The position numbers and the translations under genes are program-made. A stretch of DNA of 64,000 nt. Origin: a virus. Its lineage: Duplodnaviria; Caudoviricetes. Numbering within the stretch: the first letter of the stretch is position 1; every line of letters starts with the position of its first letter. The notes beneath the pieces are model-generated. The model was not told the origin of the DNA, did no database searches, and saw only the letters and a program-made list of their open reading frames with translations. Shown here in pieces: positions 60,841 to 64,000 of this stretch. The DNA lies in IMG/VR virus record IMGVR_UViG_3300032007_000001; one strand, 5' to 3'.

Positions 60841-61123
60841 TTGTTAAAGATTTGATATTTGAAGATATTGCAAACAAAGGAAAGTACGTAAAAACCTTAT
60901 GATATATAATAATTTTAAAAAGTTGTTGCTGGTGTTTAGATTTTTAAGTTGACAAAAATATTGATATATATGTAAATTTTAGCCATTGCGAGAGTAACTA
61001 TAAGAGATATAGAGGAAATAAAAATATATAACATATTTTATACCATAAGAAAAATAAAGAAGATTATAATAGAAATGTAGAAAGGTATAATATAAATAGA
61101 TTAAATGATTGAGGAGATAAGAT

Positions 61124-61462
61124 ATGAAATATTTAATTAAGAAAGCAGAATCGAAATTCCAATATACAATTGATAGATTGGAAGAGATTGCAGAAAAGTA
61201 TGGGTATAAAAAAGTAGAAGATGTTGATACGATAGCGTTTGAGTTGGAAGGCATAGACATAGACATTACTGTCGATGATGAGACCAAGACGTACAGCAGC
61301 GTTGTATTGGGCTTTGGTGGAGATTTAGACGAAAATCAAGATGTTATGTATCTCGAAGCTGGAGTGGAAGTAGACGGAATATATTATTACTTTGAGCCGC
61401 AGAGCATTAAAGAGATAGAGGATTTTGTAAAGAATCCTGCATCTGTGAATTTTGAAGGGTGA
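61124..61462 (+). CDS. MKYLIKKA-leader family acidic protein
   Basis: Begins MKYLIKKAES; GAGGAG RBS. Confidence 0.72.
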   Translation: MKYLIKKAESKFQYTIDRLEEIAEKYGYKKVEDVDTIAFELEGIDIDITVDDETKTYSSVVLGFGGDLDENQDVMYLEAGVEVDGIYYYFEPQSIKEIEDFVKNPASVNFEG

Positions 61463-61466
61463 AAGT

Positions 61467-61850
61467 ATGAGACATTTAATTAAGAAAGCTGAGAAGCTGA
61501 GCACGGAAGAGATAAGGAATATGACAGACGATGAAGTCATAAAGTTATATAAGGAATTAAGTAAGAAAGGTATGACGATAGACTTCATTTGTGATGTATC
61601 TGATGGATATACAATACCGGTAGACGAGATATTCTTTGAAAATCTTGGAGACTGGAGAACGGATATAGATTCGGAGTATAGCCCGTTGAATTATGGTTTT
61701 GATCCAGATGAAGCCGAAGGATGGGAGTACTATACATTTGATGATGATTTTAGTCCTGGGCATTATCCGAAACCTGCCACAAAAGAGCAGTGCGGAGAAT
61801 TTTTGAGAAGCTGCGCTGAAGAAATGGAAGAATATATGGAGGAACTGTAA
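61467..61850 (+). CDS. MRHLIKKA-leader family acidic protein
   Basis: Begins MRHLIKKAEK. Confidence 0.72.
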   Translation: MRHLIKKAEKLSTEEIRNMTDDEVIKLYKELSKKGMTIDFICDVSDGYTIPVDEIFFENLGDWRTDIDSEYSPLNYGFDPDEAEGWEYYTFDDDFSPGHYPKPATKEQCGEFLRSCAEEMEEYMEEL

Positions 61851-61865
61851 AAGTTCCTCTTTTTA

Positions 61866-61894
61866 TTTACAAAAAAATTAATGTATGGTATAAT
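61866..61894 (+). promoter_or_regulatory. sigmaA-type promoter of GL-family array
   Basis: TTTACA-N17-TATAAT with TGG. Confidence 0.8.
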
Positions 61895-61910
61895 TTCATT
61901 GGTGATAGCA

Positions 61911-62165
61911 ATGTTAATGATGTATGCTAAAGAACATATAGAAGTAAGATATAAATATTTTTCAATAGAATATGTGATAGAAACAAATAATGTACCGATA
62001 CATATGTTTTTCAAAATAGGAGAATTGAGTAGCATTGAAAATTTTTTACATAGGATTTCGCATTTTACTTCAATGAAGGAAGATATGTTAAAACCGTATG
62101 CTAAGTTTTTTGTAAATTACTTTAATGAAGTAATGAAGAAAAGTTATGTGAGGTATGGGTTATGA
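61911..62165 (+). CDS. C-terminal GL family protein
   Basis: Ends NEVMKKSYVRYGL*. Confidence 0.7.
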   Translation: MLMMYAKEHIEVRYKYFSIEYVIETNNVPIHMFFKIGELSSIENFLHRISHFTSMKEDMLKPYAKFFVNYFNEVMKKSYVRYGL

Positions 62166-62413
62166 ATAAAGAAGACATAGAAGTGAGGTACGGAAAATTT
62201 TATATAGAATTTATATTGAATACCGGTTATGTACCGACGCTTATACCTTTTAATGTGGGGAAATTGATAAATAACAAGGACTTTGAAAAAAAGATATTCT
62301 TGCTTTTTTCATTTGAGATTAAGAAAAGAGAGCAATTTCTTAAGAATAAAAAAATTTTAATTGAATATATGAATGAAGTAATGAAGAAAAGCTATGTCAG
62401 GTACGGGTTATGA
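62162..62413 (+). CDS. C-terminal GL family protein
   Basis: Identical last 13 aa to preceding gene. Confidence 0.72.
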   Translation: MNKEDIEVRYGKFYIEFILNTGYVPTLIPFNVGKLINNKDFEKKIFLLFSFEIKKREQFLKNKKILIEYMNEVMKKSYVRYGL

Positions 62414-62691
62414 AGAATTATTATATTTGCAAAAAAAATTTTGAAGTGATGTTTTGCTATGGGTCGTTAACAAAGTGGTTCAAGGTGTACATCAAAGATT
62501 TTTCCAATGACAATTTTGCAGTAGTGGAATTGAGTGACGAGAAGTACATGTTCGAAGACGCTGAGAATCATTATTTTGTATCGAGCATAGATAAGAATAC
62601 ATTGACGATGAGGAAGTTCATTGAAGAAAATATGGAAAAAATGTTTGACGAATACCAATGCAAACGATTGAAGTATATATATGGCTTGTAG
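62410..62691 (+). CDS. C-terminal GL family protein
   Basis: Ends KYIYGL*. Confidence 0.7.
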   Translation: MKNYYICKKNFEVMFCYGSLTKWFKVYIKDFSNDNFAVVELSDEKYMFEDAENHYFVSSIDKNTLTMRKFIEENMEKMFDEYQCKRLKYIYGL

Positions 62692-62700
62692 GAGAATGTA

Positions 62701-62976
62701 ATGAATTTGAGAAAATATATTAAAACGAAATATAGCATACGCTTAAAGGACTTTTATAATCGTCATAGTCTTGTATTTGAGATTCATTACTCGAATACTT
62801 GGTGGTATTTTGAGCCTAAGAATATGGAAATGTTTGACAAAGATGATTTTGATACGAATACATTTGTAAGTGGATATATTAAGTTGCTTGAAGATTGTGA
62901 CATATATGAAGATATAGTGAAAAGTATAAAAACATTTTATCCATTGTGGAGATATGTAAAGAGGATAGGGTTATGA
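62701..62976 (+). CDS. C-terminal GL family protein (FYPL subfamily)
   Basis: Ends FYPLWRYVKRIGL*. Confidence 0.72.
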   Translation: MNLRKYIKTKYSIRLKDFYNRHSLVFEIHYSNTWWYFEPKNMEMFDKDDFDTNTFVSGYIKLLEDCDIYEDIVKSIKTFYPLWRYVKRIGL

Positions 62977-63251
62977 CAATCAAAGAATACAAGTGTAAAG
63001 CATTTACACTGAAGCTATGTGATTTTGATAGGGATAGAGAGATATACTTTAGATTGTCAGTGGAATGTGGTGGAAAGTGGAAAACCGACTATATATTCGA
63101 TACGCATAATTTCGGGATAGATAGGCTAGACAAGAAAAGATTTTTGAAGGCGATAGAGAAGCATAATATCAATCTGAACATAAAGGAATTGACAGAAGCT
63201 ATATATGATTTCTATCCATTCAGCCAGTATATAAGGATAATCGGGCTATGA
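62973..63251 (+). CDS. C-terminal GL family protein (FYP subfamily)
   Basis: Ends FYPFSQYIRIIGL*. Confidence 0.72.
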   Translation: MTIKEYKCKAFTLKLCDFDRDREIYFRLSVECGGKWKTDYIFDTHNFGIDRLDKKRFLKAIEKHNINLNIKELTEAIYDFYPFSQYIRIIGL

Positions 63252-63529
63252 TTATGAAGAAGTACATCGATGAAGAATTTGTCTTGGAGCTATGCGATTT
63301 CAGTAATGCTTATCGCATGGATAAGTTGGATACGTTTTTTCACGTATTTGACAAAGAATGTAATGGTAACTATATATTCGAAGCTCGTAAATTTGGGGTC
63401 AAAGAATTTGATGAAAAAAAATTCTTGGAAGTCATGAGAAAAAAAGATATGAAAATGGATATACATAAATTGATAGAAGTGATGAAGACTTTTTATCCAT
63501 TGAATTATGTCAGGAGCATGGGATTATGA
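63248..63529 (+). CDS. C-terminal GL family protein (FYPL subfamily)
   Basis: Ends FYPLNYVRSMGL*. Confidence 0.72.
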   Translation: MIMKKYIDEEFVLELCDFSNAYRMDKLDTFFHVFDKECNGNYIFEARKFGVKEFDEKKFLEVMRKKDMKMDIHKLIEVMKTFYPLNYVRSMGL

Positions 63530-63807
63530 TAATTAAAGATTATTACGGAGAAAAATATTCTTTATGGTTATGCGATTTTGATATAAATAAAGAGATGTTT
63601 TTTCGTTTGTCTGTATATCCTAATGAAAATGGATGGGCAAAGCATTATATATTTGAGACTCGAAATTTAGGAATTAATAAATTAGATAGGGGAAAATTTA
63701 AGAAAACTATTGAAAAATATAATATTAAATTGGATGCAATTGAATTGATGAATATAATTGAAAAATTTTATCCATTCAATCAATATATAAATGTGGTTGG
63801 GTTATGA
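63526..63807 (+). CDS. C-terminal GL family protein (FYP subfamily)
   Basis: Ends FYPFNQYINVVGL*. Confidence 0.72.
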   Translation: MIIKDYYGEKYSLWLCDFDINKEMFFRLSVYPNENGWAKHYIFETRNLGINKLDRGKFKKTIEKYNIKLDAIELMNIIEKFYPFNQYINVVGL

Positions 63808-64000
63808 ACTTAAAAGCATATATTTCGGAGAATAGAAAAACATATGAATATTTTTGGTTTGCTGGTGAAAAAAATGGATATGATATATATGTAACGATAA
63901 CAATATCGAAAGATTTGAATACCAATATAAACGTTGATATATATAAGAATATTGAAGATTTTTGTTGTAAATTGAGAAGCATTAAAGAAGATTTGTTTAT

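Overview
A very AT-rich segment of a large (jumbo-type) tailed phage genome, probably infecting an anaerobic Firmicute. A Selenomonas/Negativicutes-like host is inferred from the chemoreceptor, LysM and tail-accessory genes. No capsid, terminase or polymerase genes are recognisable. The window is an accessory region built from promoter-ORFs-terminator modules. RNA genes: 13 intact tRNAs, a tRNA-Ile(UAU) split by a 398-nt group I intron, several tRNA-like elements and a tmRNA. Recognisable proteins: three radical SAM enzymes, two U32-family Fe-S proteins, two PP-loop-like paralogs beside Cys-rich-tailed proteins, a WGR-PARP, a DHH phosphoesterase, a PPP-type metallophosphatase, an RNA-repair-type HAD, an SprT-like protease, a tail-collar protein and a methyl-accepting chemotaxis protein. 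A probable replication origin lies near 60.6 kb. The most striking unexplained patterns: (1) about 57 divergent ~100-aa ORFs in sigmaA-type promoter-driven arrays nearly all end in (hydrophobic)-Gly-Leu/Phe/Tyr-stop, resembling the IGF/IGL ClpP-docking motif; (2) four covarying RNA hairpins plus a terminator precede a TerD-like protein gene; (3) two dispersed copies of an unannotated two-hairpin sRNA carry anti-SD loops; (4) about ten acidic proteins share an N-terminal MK(R/H/Y)LIKKA leader.
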